Positions 1 to 12,594 of a stretch of 64,000 bases of DNA are shown in pieces. This DNA comes from Curvularia clavata (Eukaryota), in assembly GCA_023920165.1 (NCBI GenBank), contig CP089277.1, positions 2,604,001 through 2,668,000 on the forward strand. Reading direction: 5' to 3'. The position numbers were made by a program, and so were the translations under genes. Numbering within the stretch: the stretch's first letter is position 1; each line of letters starts with the position of its first letter. The notes under the pieces are model-generated. The model saw nothing but the letters and a program-made list of their open reading frames with translations, was not told where the DNA came from and searched no databases.

Positions 1-32
1 TTTTCACCTTTACTTCACCACCCTGCCTCCCT

Positions 33-863
33 TTACGGCAGCACATACCCACCATCAATAATGCAATCACTTCCTGTCATATAACTCGACGCGTCACTCG
101 CCAGATACAAAAATAGACCCTTAATCTCCTTGACATTTCCCTGTCTTCCTAGTGGAATCATACGCAGACCCTCGTTGATCACCAGCGGACCCGCACCCAT
201 CTTCGTATCAAAGAAACCCGGACTGACGACATTCACCCTTGCAAACTCCCTCCACTCACGAGCGAGCGATTTGCCCAAGTGCGATACAAAAGCCTTTGTG
301 CCATTGTAAATGGGCTGGTCAACAGGAACATTGACAATGTGGGCTGAGATACTCGATGTGAGGATGAGGTTGCCGAAACCTTGCTTCTTGAAGACTTCGC
401 CTGCATACTTGGCACAGTAGACGGGTCCGTCAACGTTGACACGCATGAGGTTGTGGTAGGATTCGAGGGTCTGGTCGAGCAAGGGCTTGCTGTCTCCTGT
501 TCCGGCGTTGGCGACAAAGCAGTCGATGCGGCCAAAGTCCTCGACAACTTGCTTGACGGCTTGCTCTACGGCTGCGGCATCGATTTGGTTAACGCTGTAC
601 GCTTTTGTCTTGACACCGTGCTCTTTTGCTAGGTTCTCGGCTCGCTGAATGGCCATGCTGTTCGAGTTGTACCACAGGGCTACGTTGCCTCCTGCTTCGG
701 CCATGGCGTCGGCGACGGCACCTCCAATTCCCTCAGCAGCGCCTGTGATGACAATGGTTTTGCCTTTCATGCTGAATTGTTGCATGACATTTGTGGGTGT
801 ATCCGGGACTGGCTTGGGAAAGCCGGCACGCGGCGTTTGGCATTCTTCTATCGACATAGACAT
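33..863 (-). CDS. Short-chain dehydrogenase/reductase (mannitol dehydrogenase / L-xylulose reductase-like), single exon
   Basis: 276-aa ORF with TGAAEGIG Rossmann motif, NAG motif, catalytic YNGTK (YxxxK) and C-terminal IDGGY. Confidence 0.9.
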   Translation of the reverse strand: MSMSIEECQTPRAGFPKPVPDTPTNVMQQFSMKGKTIVITGAAEGIGGAVADAMAEAGGNVALWYNSNSMAIQRAENLAKEHGVKTKAYSVNQIDAAAVEQAVKQVVEDFGRIDCFVANAGTGDSKPLLDQTLESYHNLMRVNVDGPVYCAKYAGEVFKKQGFGNLILTSSISAHIVNVPVDQPIYNGTKAFVSHLGKSLAREWREFARVNVVSPGFFDTKMGAGPLVINEGLRMIPLGRQGNVKEIKGLFLYLASDASSYMTGSDCIIDGGYVLP

Positions 864-981
864 CTTGGAGATGTTGCGAGATTTCAGGACCAGAATATAA
901 CGTAAGATTGTTCAAAGGTAAAAATAGGAGAGTTCTCGATTGGTGTGTTGTGATGTCGAGAATCAAATCGGAAATTCAGGC

Positions 982-1005
982 TTTTATACATTCCTCGGAG
1001 CCGAG
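982..1005 (-). promoter_or_regulatory. Putative TATA box with adjacent CGG inverted repeat upstream of the SDR
   Basis: TATAAAA on the minus strand at 982-988, about 120 bp upstream of the ATG. CTCGG-AG-CCGAG inverted repeat at 994-1005 is a Zn2Cys6-type CGG-N2-CCG geometry. Confidence 0.45.
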
Positions 1006-1360
1006 AGAGAATCCCATTCAGCAAGAGTACGGCGGATGATCTTTAACCCGTCATGGCAAATACTGGCAACGCCTGCGTCACGGGTTGGTGTTGCGGGGCA
1101 GATCTGGAGGACTGTCGTCCGGGGTTCTTGTTGATTCGCGGGCCGATTCCTATTCCAGGACTACCGCATGTAAGAATGACTCGGCTAACCTTCCACTTCC
1201 GTAAGCCCAGCGTGTGAGGAATATCATGGTGGATTCTAATACAACACAAATCTCCACCAGGGCGCATGAATTGGGGCAATTGGGGCAGAATGCCGCTTGA
1301 TTAAAGATGTAATGCTTGCTCAATGTACAAGAAAAGGATTCGGAAAACTTTCCAACACAT

Positions 1361-3601
1361 TTACTGATCCTTGCTCTTCTCCTTCTGCAGGGCTCCATTT
1401 TCACCGTTCATGCTTTCCCTCTCTGTTGTTTCCCCACTTGCATTCGCCTCGGATCCCTTACTTTCTTCATCTCTCTTCCTATCCTGAAGGATATCTGGTG
1501 CAGGTGCAAACTTGCTTCTAGCCCGAATCCTCTTTCCGTAGATGTAAAAGAAAATGGGCATCGGTACCAGGACCGCAGCTACACATCCAAGCAGTGTGCT
1601 TGCCCATTCGATGCCCATGCCCTCAAACATGAAGGTAGCAAACAAGGGAAACACACCACCAAACATGGAGCGCATGAAGGTGTTTCCAGCAATGGCGGAG
1701 GCGGCGAACATGAGGTAGGCGTCGACGATGTAGTTCAACAAGGAGAGGAAGATGGAGAAGATGCCAAAGCCAGTGAACAGACCGGAAAGGACGGGGACAA
1801 TCCAGTGGACCTTGCCGGTATAACCTGACCAGCCAAACCAAAAGAGGCCACCAGTAAAGAGAACACCACCAACCATGGCGATAGGTAAGCGCCACTCGGG
1901 AACGGGGATGTTATTGTTTGCCGCCAACTTTCTGGCATATCGGGGGTTGTCGCATACTACGACGATAAAGGCAATGATTTCACCGGTGACCATGCCAAAG
2001 TACGCAAGACCACCAATACCGGCACTCCAGCCGTAAACACGTTGGAATACGAGAGCGTATGCAGTTAAGAAGAGGTAGAGAAGGCCATCTAGTGTAGTTA
2101 GCATAATGTTGCAAACCGGACAATTCGCAGTGGTCAAACATACAAATGAAGCTCATGTAAATAGTGATGAGCAAGACAATGGGTTCGGTGAAGAGAATAC
2201 GCATCGGTCTGCTGACGTTCTTGATAATCAGTTCCTTAAAGTCGACCTCAATTTCTTCTTGCTTGGCGTGGATGCCCCAGTTCTTTGTTCGCCGTCTGAG
2301 CTCGCTCGCCTTGTGAATGAGCACCACTGGCGGATATGTCTCTTCCAAGAAGAAAAGCAGTAGCGTGAACGCTAGGAAGCCCATGAAACTCGAAATGTAT
2401 TCGGTCCACCTCCAACCCAAGTAGCTCTCTGCGATGAATCCGCCGATGAATGGGGCTAGCAGCGGTCCCATGAACACAGTGGCAGAAAAGACCGCAACAG
2501 CAAGACCACGAACGGTGTTGTTGAACATGTCGGCAAAGACGGCGGCGACAATGGCCAAGGGAGAGGAGCCGCAGAGACCAGCGAAGAAACGGCAGATCAT
2601 AATGGTTTGGAGGTCTTTGGCAACGGCTACGGCGATGCTGAAGATGGCGAATCCAAAGGCTGCGATAATCAGGGGAGGTTTTCTGCCATACAACTCTGAG
2701 CAAGGCGCCCACATCTATACCTTGTTAGTGCATGTCTAATATCTCATAAGCATTTACCCACCAGAGGTCCAAAAGCATATCCAAAGACGAAAAGACTCGT
2801 GCCTAGTGTGCCTACAACATTGGCGACACCAAACTGTCGAGCTACAGGGATTGTGGCCGCAGAAAAGATACTAGATCCCATGGTGGCAGCGAGAGCATCA
2901 AAAGCCAGCATGGCTCCAATGCCCAGCTTCTTCTTCAAGGGCCAGTTTTGCGGGTGCAATGGATCATCTACGCCATCGAATTCGACGACGTATTCTTCCC
3001 GATCAGGTAGAAGCGGAGGGAAAGGCTTGCCAGCTCCCAAGTTGGGTAGGGGCTTCTCGGTGCGGCGGCGGGTAAGCGTTCTTGTCAGACGCGAGTCAAC
3101 TTGAGAGGCTCCAACGGTGCCTGCATGCTGGCTGCGATGTGTTTCTATACGACGGATTGCTTCAGGATGACGTTCGGTAGGGTGCAGGGTAAGGTAGTTG
3201 GCGGTCGAGGATTGCGAGTTGACGGTCGGCCGGCGATCGCGTGCGGGGGTCGAATGTGCGGTGCGAATCTCTTCCAGACGAGGACTGTGCGAAGAGGCTG
3301 AGCTTGTCGAGCTGGCAGTCGAGGCGGAGGACGTGCTGTGGCGCGACAAGGGCGATGCGACCTCCTCTTCGGCCTCGGCCACGGGCGTTGCTTCTGGCTC
3401 GCGTGGGGCTGGGGGCTCGCCCTCTATGTGCTCTCCCCGCAGAAGGGCTGCAATGTTGCGTTCACGCTCGGCGAGCGTCTGGTCATGGAGATGGCGCTGG
3501 TGGTACTGCTCGCGAAACTGGCGATGGGGATCCCATGTCGCGTAGACCTCAGGGTTTGCATTGGCTTGATTGCGCAAAACCTCGTAGTCCTCCTCCTGCA
3601 T
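1361..3601 (-). CDS. MFS drug:H+ antiporter (DHA1 family); exons 3601-2762, 2714-2144, 2088-1361
   Basis: CCGCCACCATG start context. DDPLHPQNWP, SELYGRK, GWRW and PEWRL motifs. GT-AG introns 2715-2761 and 2089-2143 with CTAAC branch sites join the three ORF pieces in frame. Confidence 0.9.
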
Positions 3602-6600
3602 GGTGGCGGGCGGCTCGTCTCCCGGTCGAAATCTGGCGGCGGTTCCTGGCGGTGCTGGGATGCGACGATGAAAATACTCTGGAGTCGGGCAGGCCGGAGA
3701 CTAGCGAATGCCGAAGATTCAAGCCTGACGTCGTCGATCACAGTGGAGCTGGTGGATCTAACGCGCGACGGGAGGGTTAGTGTTGGTCGTATATTCGGGA
3801 GTCGGGCGTGGCTGGTGCCAATGCTTGATGGGACATGTCGAGGCAGCCATGCGGAGACTGCCTGTCCATATATTGAGCATTCTGCAGTAGGCTCAACAGT
3901 GCTGTGACGCTAGCCATGACGATTCGTCTCTCGCGAATAATCCAGCGCCGAAGTTGCGCTTTCATGGCGGACTGTGGCTGAGTAAGCCTCGAGTGGCTTA
4001 TGAAGCCAGGGCGGTGGGCAGCGGCAGAAAAACATGATTGGGCACCATCGCTCGCAGAGGAAGAAATCTTTGCCGGGGCCAGCATCGTTGCATGTACGTC
4101 ACCAGCACCAGATGCTGTATAAGCCCTCGCTGTCGGAGCACTGCCGTCACCGTGCATCAGAGCGAGCCCGAAAATTTGCAGCAGGAAAAGGGGCCGGCGC
4201 AATGGATAGAGTGCCCATGCTTAGTGTGGCGGCAAGACTCGTATGTGTGAGTATTCACTGAGTAATTCTCAAGTGCCGTCCCTGACAGATGCTATGTCTT
4301 CCAACTATCACCATGCTGCCCAATCACAGTGGCCGACTGCGCTTACTAAGGAGGATCCGCGAATCGTTCCCTCCCTCCAGCCCTCTTATTCGCGCATTCA
4401 CCAGCTTACACACAACCCCAATATCCCTCACTCGCCTACTCGGCCATTAACGAAATGCACCTATCAATAGCCCATGCAGGTCCAAATGCTACCACGTCGA
4501 CAAAGCCTCGGTGACAAGGCACTGAGACGGCCAGTCGACAACATTGCTCGCACCTCGGTGCTCCTTTCCCCATTCTATCCTTCCAGGGCAGGACAAATAC
4601 CCTCCCCACGCCCGACATCGCATCGGCGCAGCCTGCTTTGTGGCAATAATTCTTTCTTCTGTGCCCTGTAATACTGCGTCCTGGCTGTCGTTCCAGCCCG
4701 CCACGCTCCAGCACTCCGCACACCTCCGTACCGCGAATAGGCAAGAGACCGATATGCGGGTCATGGACGGCTCTCAACAGATCTCGATAAGTGTGCTGCC
4801 GTACCGCAGCAGTCATCATCAGATGCTCGTTGGCGCCGTAATGGGGATACCCCTTCATGCAGACCAAGGTCAAGGGCAGCCGGGAATTCGGCCGCCGTCT
4901 TTCATACGACGCCAGCCAATCTGGCAATTCCAATTCACTGTAAATCTGTGACATGTCTTCGCGGCTGACACTCCGTCTTGAAGAAAAGCAAACATTTTCT
5001 TTTGAAGCTGTTTCAACGGGTACCAGTAGCCGAAGCCCCACGCATTTTCCCAATGGAGCTTCCAAGTGCCGCTGTCAGATGCACACTAACCACAACGGCG
5101 CCCCAGCATGTTTCAGCAAAAGCAAACATCAGGAACCAGCCCATACCTTTTGCAAGAGCTCCTGCAGCACCAAGGCCCCCATCTGGCTGGAAATGCTCAC
5201 GCGGCTGTCTGGTAATTGCCATCGAAACGTCATCAGCTGCCATGCGTGCCAAAACGCCAACCACTGCACGCTCATCTTACCTGCAACGCTGCGCCGGTAG
5301 CCATCCCGCTCTCCCACCCGTCTCACATACATGTCAATACCAAAGACCCTACCTTACACATATGCTCCAGACCGAACAAAAAGTAGCCACCTGTTTACTA
5401 CACGCCATTATGGGTCTGGGATTCTCACAACCTCAAAATCAACATGGCGTTTTGTCGGAGCCAAGCCATCCCTACCCATTGCACTTCGGTAAGCATCTTC
5501 ATAGACCCATCGTCTTCGAAACAACATGTACAGTTATAACGTCATCGCCAAAATGTCCACAAATTCCTTTCCCCTACCGTCGTCCGTAGCCCACGCCCCC
5601 CGCTTGTCAGGCCTGCAGTGATTAGATACCGATCCGTCGTCACGATATTTACCGGGACGCCTGGAATCTTAGACGTAATTAACGGCAACGTAGTATTGCT
5701 TTTTGAATGCTTCAGGTTCAAAAGTCGCCTACGGTATTCCTTTCGTAGAAATCGATATGCAGGCATGATCAATCGGCTGCGTACCGCTCCGCCTTGCATA
5801 ATCTTGGTTATACTCTGTCACATTCATCTCCGCAACTGTACCTAAACGGTCGCATTTTGTGGACCAGTATATACATGCAAACCTGTGACTATTTTTTCGA
5901 TCCACCAGGTGTCTCCCATTTCGGAGGCAGCTGCATACGGCCCCACCACATCTCAGCCCACTCGCGATGGCAGATCTCTTGTGTGACCTGCGGACGTTGC
6001 CACATCTTTCTCTAGCCGTGTGGCCCACACAATGGCTCAAACAAGCCTTAATTTCCTGGAGTGGTTGACGTTGCCTAGGTCGAATGGTTGACAAGGACCA
6101 CGTCGGCGGGAGCATCCGGTCTCCGCGCCCTGGTTCTACATCAAGCCCCTGTGCTGTGTACTTCCAAATCCTGAAGCTTATTTGGCTCGCATGGAACTTA
6201 ATTGCCGTCAAGGGCGATGCATGGGCGCAACCTCTTGACAGCGAACGAAACACGCAGATAGTGGAAGCGAGTCGCGTGGTTTTACGGACCCATGTCTTTG
6301 TTAGCTACATGAAGCTGGCAACCAACGGTGTAAAAAGCAATGTCCGTCAGCGTACTCCCACGGATGATGGGCCGAGCAGTTCCCGCTCATCTCCGTTGCG
6401 GTCTTTCTTTTTGTTTTTGCTCTTTCAAGCTGCTGACAAGTGTCTTCGGCGTCGTGAGTAAACTCGTCTCGACGAGAATGTCAGAAGTCGGCGAAGGGTG
6501 CCGTATCCCTGTGAATTAGAAATGTTCAAGCGAAACCGAACCCTGAGCGGAAAAAAAGATGAACATTGGATCTCCGCGTTTAGAACTAGTGTATGCAGGC

Positions 6601-6902
6601 AGGTCCAAAGTCGGAAGCATTCTTGACTCCCGGCTCATGCGTAGTCTACAGCGGGTGATTATCCGCCCTGCACATTGGCCAGGTTCTCGGGTTTTCCTTT
6701 TTTTGTAGTCAATCCACTCTATACAGGCCCCAGTCAGGCTGTTACGACGCCCCGTGCTCTACTTACTCGGAATTGCTTGGCCAGGCAAAAGCCACCGAAC
6801 ACATATGGGGGGCGTGCCTTCACTCGAAAAGAAAGCCGCCGCTAGTCTCTGTTGCACTTCCAACACACCACAGAAGAAGACCATCTTGTTGTTATTTGCG
6901 TA

Positions 6903-8515
6903 ATGCCTGGTGGACTCTACCCTCCTCTGGAGGTCACACAGAACTGGCCAGCTCCCAACTATGAGAACCCAGAGCTACGACCAAACACACTCGTCATACT
7001 CGCATATGTTCTGGGACCTCTGACTGTGGGGTTGAGTCTTGTCAGACTTTGGGTCAGAGTATATCACCAGAAAAGCGCGGGTCTCGATGACTGGCTAATG
7101 CTGGCTGCTATGGTCAGTTCTTTTGGAACCCATTAGATTCCTTTACTGACTGTCACAGCCGCCTACCATTGTCTTGACCGCTCTTTATCCTCTCGGTATA
7201 CCGATCCTCCTGCTTGATTAACAAACCATACAGCTAACACTTGCTAGCGGACAAGCAAGCTTTCAACCTGCATGCATGGGACGTCGATGTTTTCACAGAT
7301 ACCCAGCGCGTGGTCGTAGCCAGGAAATACATTTTGGCAACCGAGTCTATCTTCTGCATAGCAAGTGGACTAGTCAAGGTCTCTATTCTCCTGTTCTATC
7401 GCCGTCTGTCAGCGCGTGTGGTTTCGAGGATATTCTTCTGGACGACCTGGATCACCATTGGTTATATTACTGCCTACAGTATCGCCCTAAGCATTGCTCC
7501 GGTCGTAGGCTGCCAGCCGATATCGGCATTCTGGGACCAGTTTGATCCTATTAAGAAATTATCTGGCTATAAGTTCCATTGCTTCGACGAAGGTGCCGAT
7601 GTCCTCGTTGCCAGTATCCTATCGGCCTCACAGGACATGCTCACTGCTATCCTGCCCACTTTCTTGTATTGGAACCTCAAAATTCCTCTCCGACAGAAAA
7701 TAGCACTATTCGGCATATTCGCCATGGGTTATGGAGTTGTCGCACTTGGTGCGTTACGCGCCTACTATAGCTGGTATGCTTTCTACGGGACATACGATAT
7801 CACATGGGCGACGTGGGACATTCTGTTGACATCTCTCCTCGAAATACACATCGGCTGCTTGTGTGCCAATGCGCCAGCTCTCAAGGTCTTCTTCAAGTTT
7901 TTCTTCCACGAGAAACTCACGTCAAAGTCACGAACGAAGACGCCGGCCGGCTCACCAGGCTCCTCGAGGAAAAGCAGTACTAGCATATGGAGCAAGCTGA
8001 CTTTGATGCTTGGCTCTGATAGCCAAAGTGGAGAACGCAGCACAAAGGGATATCATGATTCACAGGCAGGTGTGACAGTAGATCCACATGGTGGTGTATA
8101 CGTTCAAAAAGAGATTCAGGTCCGAAGTTCACCAACGAGCATACCTGACAGTCCTACCGAGAGACCTGCTTCAGCCATGACCACCGACAACATGGTTGAC
8201 CACTACTACGACGATATCGAACTCGGTCTTTATACCACGCACAATTCAGGTGTATCCACGGCGCACTCGCGAACCGATTTGGACAATAATTCGTCCGAAG
8301 CCCCTCCACCATTACCCGCATCACCTCTCCCTCCATCAGCGCCTGCCACAGAACCCTTGACAGCGCATCCCATATTACCAAGTCCGTCGGAATCACCCAA
8401 GAGTTTACAACCTATTGCACCAATCATACAACAAAGTGCAGCACCAAGAGCCCCGACGCCTCTTCCACTGCGGACTCCAAGTCAAAACCGCCCAAGTTGG
8501 CAGAATTGGTCATGA
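6903..8515 (+). CDS. PTH11-like (fungal rhodopsin-domain) integral membrane protein without CFEM; exons 6903-7112, 7159-7195, 7248-8515
   Basis: WPAPNYENP, RLWVR...GLDDWL, LVKVSILLFYRRL, CQPISAFWD and EIHIGCLCANAPALK motifs, then an S/P-rich tail. Introns 7113-7158 and 7196-7247 restore the frame. Confidence 0.85.
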
Positions 8516-9309
8516 AACGTGTACGCTGTGCGCAATACGCTTCAAAGTATTCCACACCATCAATGCCTCTCTATGGCTTCCCATACCGATGTTGGGTTCC
8601 TGATTCTTCTCCAGAGTTCCGATTACTAAAAAGATTGTATCAAATACTCGGTCGGCGCACCGGTGGTCGTCGTGATGGACGCTGTTCGAAGTTGTCCAGT
8701 TCTTATTGTTTTGTCTTTTTTGTAGGCGGTGTTCATCATTTACTTCTTCTTTTTTGTTTGCGCTATATACCAGGCGGGCCCATCACTCGTTTGTCAAAAG
8801 TATCGGTCAGGGATGTAGTAATGAATCAATGATATTTCCAGGTTTAAATTTCAGGACTTTCGCTTCGAATGTTGCTCGTCGATGCCCACATATACGAAAG
8901 GGACACCACATACACTTCAAGCAACATCAAACCCACCCTGCACTGCATCATCACCATTCAAATCAATCCATCCCATGATGCAACGATTGTTCTAGATTTG
9001 TGGCCGGTTGACCGCACCATACGACGATACGGACAGCAGCCACGTCCAAGCTAGAACAGGAAGGTGCCTTGTCATTTCAGCGCCCTAAACATCGGAACCA
9101 CAAAAAAATGACTCCATTCCGAATTCCGGGCTCCCATTCACAACGGCAAACTTGACCACCCGCTTTCGGTAAGTAAAGAGCAATGAGTCAAGATGTAGAT
9201 TTCTCGGAGTTCTTTCTAAAGTCTCTTCGAAATTTGTAATTGGAAGAAATTTTATTTTTCTTAGCTCTACATACCAACCCATACCACTGTGCAATTCTAC
9301 ACAACCACC

Positions 9310-10029
9310 ATGTCCGCATCACCACCAGCACCAAACCTCTCCACACCCAAACTCTACACCTCCTCAGCCATAAAATCCAACCCCTACCTCTCCGCCCAAA
9401 TAACACAACTCGTCAATTCCGCCTTCTACCGCTCTAAAGTGTCCTCTCCAGGCGTAGAGTCAAAATGGGACAACACACGCCCCCGGTTCGAGTCCCCAGA
9501 TGCATTGCACGCTATGCTGAGTGATGAGCGCAGCGTCATGGCTGTTATATTTGACGATTCGTCTTCCTCCCCGGCCACCTCAGCTACGGAATCGGGGGAA
9601 GAAGAAGAAGGAGGAGAAGATGATGAAGATGATGATGAACGACTAGTCGTCGCCTGCGCCGCCGCCATCCCCTGGGCCGGCGGCTGGCACAGAGAAGGCG
9701 CTTCTACCGAGCGCGGCTGGGAAATAAAGACTATTTGCGTTCATGGCGATGCTAAGTATCTTCGCAAGGGACTTGCGGTGCAATTACTGGGGTTTCTGGA
9801 GGAGTATTTAGTCCGTTTGGAGCGGAAAGCGCTGGCGGTAAAAGGAGGGGAAGGTGGGAATGCAGAGGGCAAAGTTACGCTTTGGATCTTAGCGGCTGAT
9901 TGTATTAATGGGGTGTATTGGCGGAAGAGAGGGTTTGAGGAGGTGAGAAGGAGTACAGAGGGGAGCGGTGTTTGGGGGTGTAGGACGGAGTTTGATATGG
10001 TGGTTCTTAAGAAAGAGGTACGGTTTTAG
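9310..10029 (+). CDS. GNAT-like acetyltransferase
   Basis: ACCACCATG start. WEIKTICV...RKGLA (acetyl-CoA motif A-like) and YWRKRGF motif. Confidence 0.7.
   Translation: MSASPPAPNLSTPKLYTSSAIKSNPYLSAQITQLVNSAFYRSKVSSPGVESKWDNTRPRFESPDALHAMLSDERSVMAVIFDDSSSSPATSATESGEEEEGGEDDEDDDERLVVACAAAIPWAGGWHREGASTERGWEIKTICVHGDAKYLRKGLAVQLLGFLEEYLVRLERKALAVKGGEGGNAEGKVTLWILAADCINGVYWRKRGFEEVRRSTEGSGVWGCRTEFDMVVLKKEVRF
9598..9639 (+). repeat. Coding GAA/GAT trinucleotide-rich tract (acidic E/D run)
   Basis: gaagaagaagaaggaggagaagatgatgaagatgatgatgaa encodes EEEEGGEDDEDDDE. Confidence 0.7.
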
Positions 10030-10595
10030 AAGGGAAGGGTTAATAGCATATGGGTAGATATGGAGGTTCGATCTTTGTGGTGCTGGAGTGTAGTGTGCGT
10101 GTGCCAAGCCAGGCATGGAGAACCCCTCTAGACAGCCATTCTAGGCTCTATGGCTGTGTAATTAGCAAAACACGTGAACATATCAGGCTATAATCAAGCC
10201 CAGCCCACTGAGAACTACAGCATGGACCATAGATCTCATCTCGCATAACCGAAAAAGCAAGCAAAGCCACATCATCTATGCCAGCCAGCCTCACAGCTGC
10301 AGGTCACAGCCTAGACCACGTGTTCAGCATGCATCTCATGTCTGGCAAGATGGCATCGACAGCCTTGGCGTATCAGCCTCGGAAATCTATGTCTCATCCG
10401 CGAAGAAGAAAACCATGAGATCCAAAATAAAATATTAAGATCAAAAAGGGAAAAAGAAAAAAAACTCCCCCACAGGAGGCGTGCACCAAGTCTCGACCGA
10501 GCTTCATGATCGTAACAAATCTACCCCAAACCCCCGCTGCCATCTGCACCGGAGATCTCGATCTCGATTTCTTAGCACGACTGCGACCATACTCG

Positions 10596-11777
10596 TTACA
10601 ACGCCTTCCCCTCCGGCGTACAGTTCCACGCATGCTCAAACTGCTGCCAGCCACCAGGCGGCTCCTCACACATCTTCAGATCGCTAATTACAAAATCGTA
10701 GTACCCATCCGCGGGCAACTTATGCTGATTTACTGTCCCGCCCATGGCAACATTAATCAGGATTCTAAAATCCTCCATTCGACGCGTTCCCTCTGGGATA
10801 CTGCCTTTCATGACCGGTCGACCGTCAATGTACCATATGAGACGGCCTCTCCACCCAGGTATGCCTTCTTCTTCCATCCACGCGAAGCCGTAGACGTGGG
10901 GTTGGCGCGCGAGATCTGGTAGAGATGTTTTGACTACGCGGTGCTTTTGTGCGTCTTCGCCGGTGTACGAGCCCCAATGCAGACAGGAGTGGTTTTCTGT
11001 CTCGCCGTTCCAGCTCTCGGCGAGGTCGATCTCGCCGTCAGTGGGCCACTTGAAGGGATCTGCGGGAAGCATCCAGTATGCGGGCCAGATGCCAGGTGCA
11101 GATGGGGGCAGGCATGTTGCGGTGAGGTAGCCGCGCGGTCGCGAGAGCGTCTGGTGTGAGGTCAGGCGTGCAGAAGTATAGCTGCCGTTGCCTACTAAGG
11201 CGCGAACGATCAGGCGGTTGTCGTGGTGGAAGGAATTAGCGGGGTTGTCGGTGTACATCTGCTTTTCTTCGTTGCCCCAGCCATGATCGCCTATCTCGTG
11301 CCGGAAGTTTTGGGATACGGGGGTGGAGATTTCGAAGGAAGGCTTCCAGTATACCTTCTCGGTATGGGGCGGAGGGATGTTTTGGGGTGGTGGGGGCTGC
11401 GCGGATGGAGGTCGGTTCTGAGGTATAGGCGGTGGACTGCCAGGATGTGGCTTACTTCCCTGAGGAATGGGTGGTGCGAATGGTTGCTGCTGGGGAGGCG
11501 GCGGGCCCCATTGCTGTTGTTGCGGTGGAGGAGGTCCCCATTGCTGGTTCTGTGGCGGGTACTGAGGAGGATACTGAGCGCCAGAGTACTGGCCTGGGCT
11601 TGGTGGAGGATAGCCTTGCGGAGGTTGCTGGTATCCTTGAGGTGGTGGGTAGCCTTGCTGATGCTGACCTGGATAGCCCCCCGGGTAACCTTGCTGATGG
11701 TGGCTGCCAGATGGGCCCGTAAACTCCGAGAGCTTCGCTTTTCCCTTGGCCAGCAATTTGTCAAACTTGCTGTTCAT
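10596..11777 (-). CDS. Glycoside hydrolase family 16 (laminarinase-like) with P/Q/G/Y-rich N-terminus and no signal peptide
   Basis: GWGNEEKQ, YTSARL, GIWPAYWML, GEIDLAE (ExDxxE catalytic motif) and NVAMGG. Start assigned to AAAATG at 11777 (MNSKF). Confidence 0.85.
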   Translation of the reverse strand: MNSKFDKLLAKGKAKLSEFTGPSGSHHQQGYPGGYPGQHQQGYPPPQGYQQPPQGYPPPSPGQYSGAQYPPQYPPQNQQWGPPPPQQQQWGPPPPQQQPFAPPIPQGSKPHPGSPPPIPQNRPPSAQPPPPQNIPPPHTEKVYWKPSFEISTPVSQNFRHEIGDHGWGNEEKQMYTDNPANSFHHDNRLIVRALVGNGSYTSARLTSHQTLSRPRGYLTATCLPPSAPGIWPAYWMLPADPFKWPTDGEIDLAESWNGETENHSCLHWGSYTGEDAQKHRVVKTSLPDLARQPHVYGFAWMEEEGIPGWRGRLIWYIDGRPVMKGSIPEGTRRMEDFRILINVAMGGTVNQHKLPADGYYDFVISDLKMCEEPPGGWQQFEHAWNCTPEGKAL

Positions 11778-12594
11778 TTTGATTGATGCTGTACGTTGAA
11801 GAATAATGAGCCGTGCAACAATGTTCCGTCCCAAGCCGAGCCGCTATGACGCAAGTGGGGCCCGTCAGGAACGGTGCCCAACGCTTACCGTCGTTCGCCA
11901 ATTCAATTGGAGCATCACCCATACAGATTCGAGAACATAATACTACTGTGATGGGATGTATTGTCGTACAGAATTTCGTGACTGTATATTCCCTTGTACC
12001 CAATCTTGACAATATTAGCATTTACAGCTTTGTCGAACACAACCCGTTAGCAAGCCTATCTCAATTATGCTAGTGTGCAAACGATCTCCCAAAGACTATA
12101 GGAGAGAATCTTCATGTACCCTTGCGAAGATGAACAATCCTAATTCCTGATTTCATCTCCCTTGTGCCTATGTTCTTCCTCCTCGGGCTACACAATCACC
12201 CAAACTCTCATGTCCTGCAAACAGACGTTTGCGTTCTCCTCCATCACACAAATGACGTCATCCGCATACCGCGCAATAGCCATCTCACCCGCACCAACCA
12301 ACCACCTATTACTCGTAAGCCAGGGGTCGAGGGTCAGATCGCGGTCCAGACCATCGAAACATAGGCAACAGGAAAATCAGCAATCTGCGTCTTTGTCACG
12401 TATGCTGCGCGTCATATCCCCTCCCTTTCGTAAGGCCTTGGAAGGGCGCCTTGTCACAGGCCATGCCCTGCCATACAAGACACTTATTGCAGCCTGAATA
12501 ACATGACTCTGGTCGCATCTTTCTCGCCCTGAGCACTAAACACTCCGCCATACCAGATCGCATCATCATTTCCCTCTCCAAAAAAACTCTCACC

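Noticed and set aside
4436..5589. Overlapping 209-aa (-) and 203-aa (+) ORFs in the MFS/PTH11 intergenic region
   Set aside because: Non-ATG starts, no recognisable domain and no convincing splice structure; cannot be supported as genes without homology or expression data.
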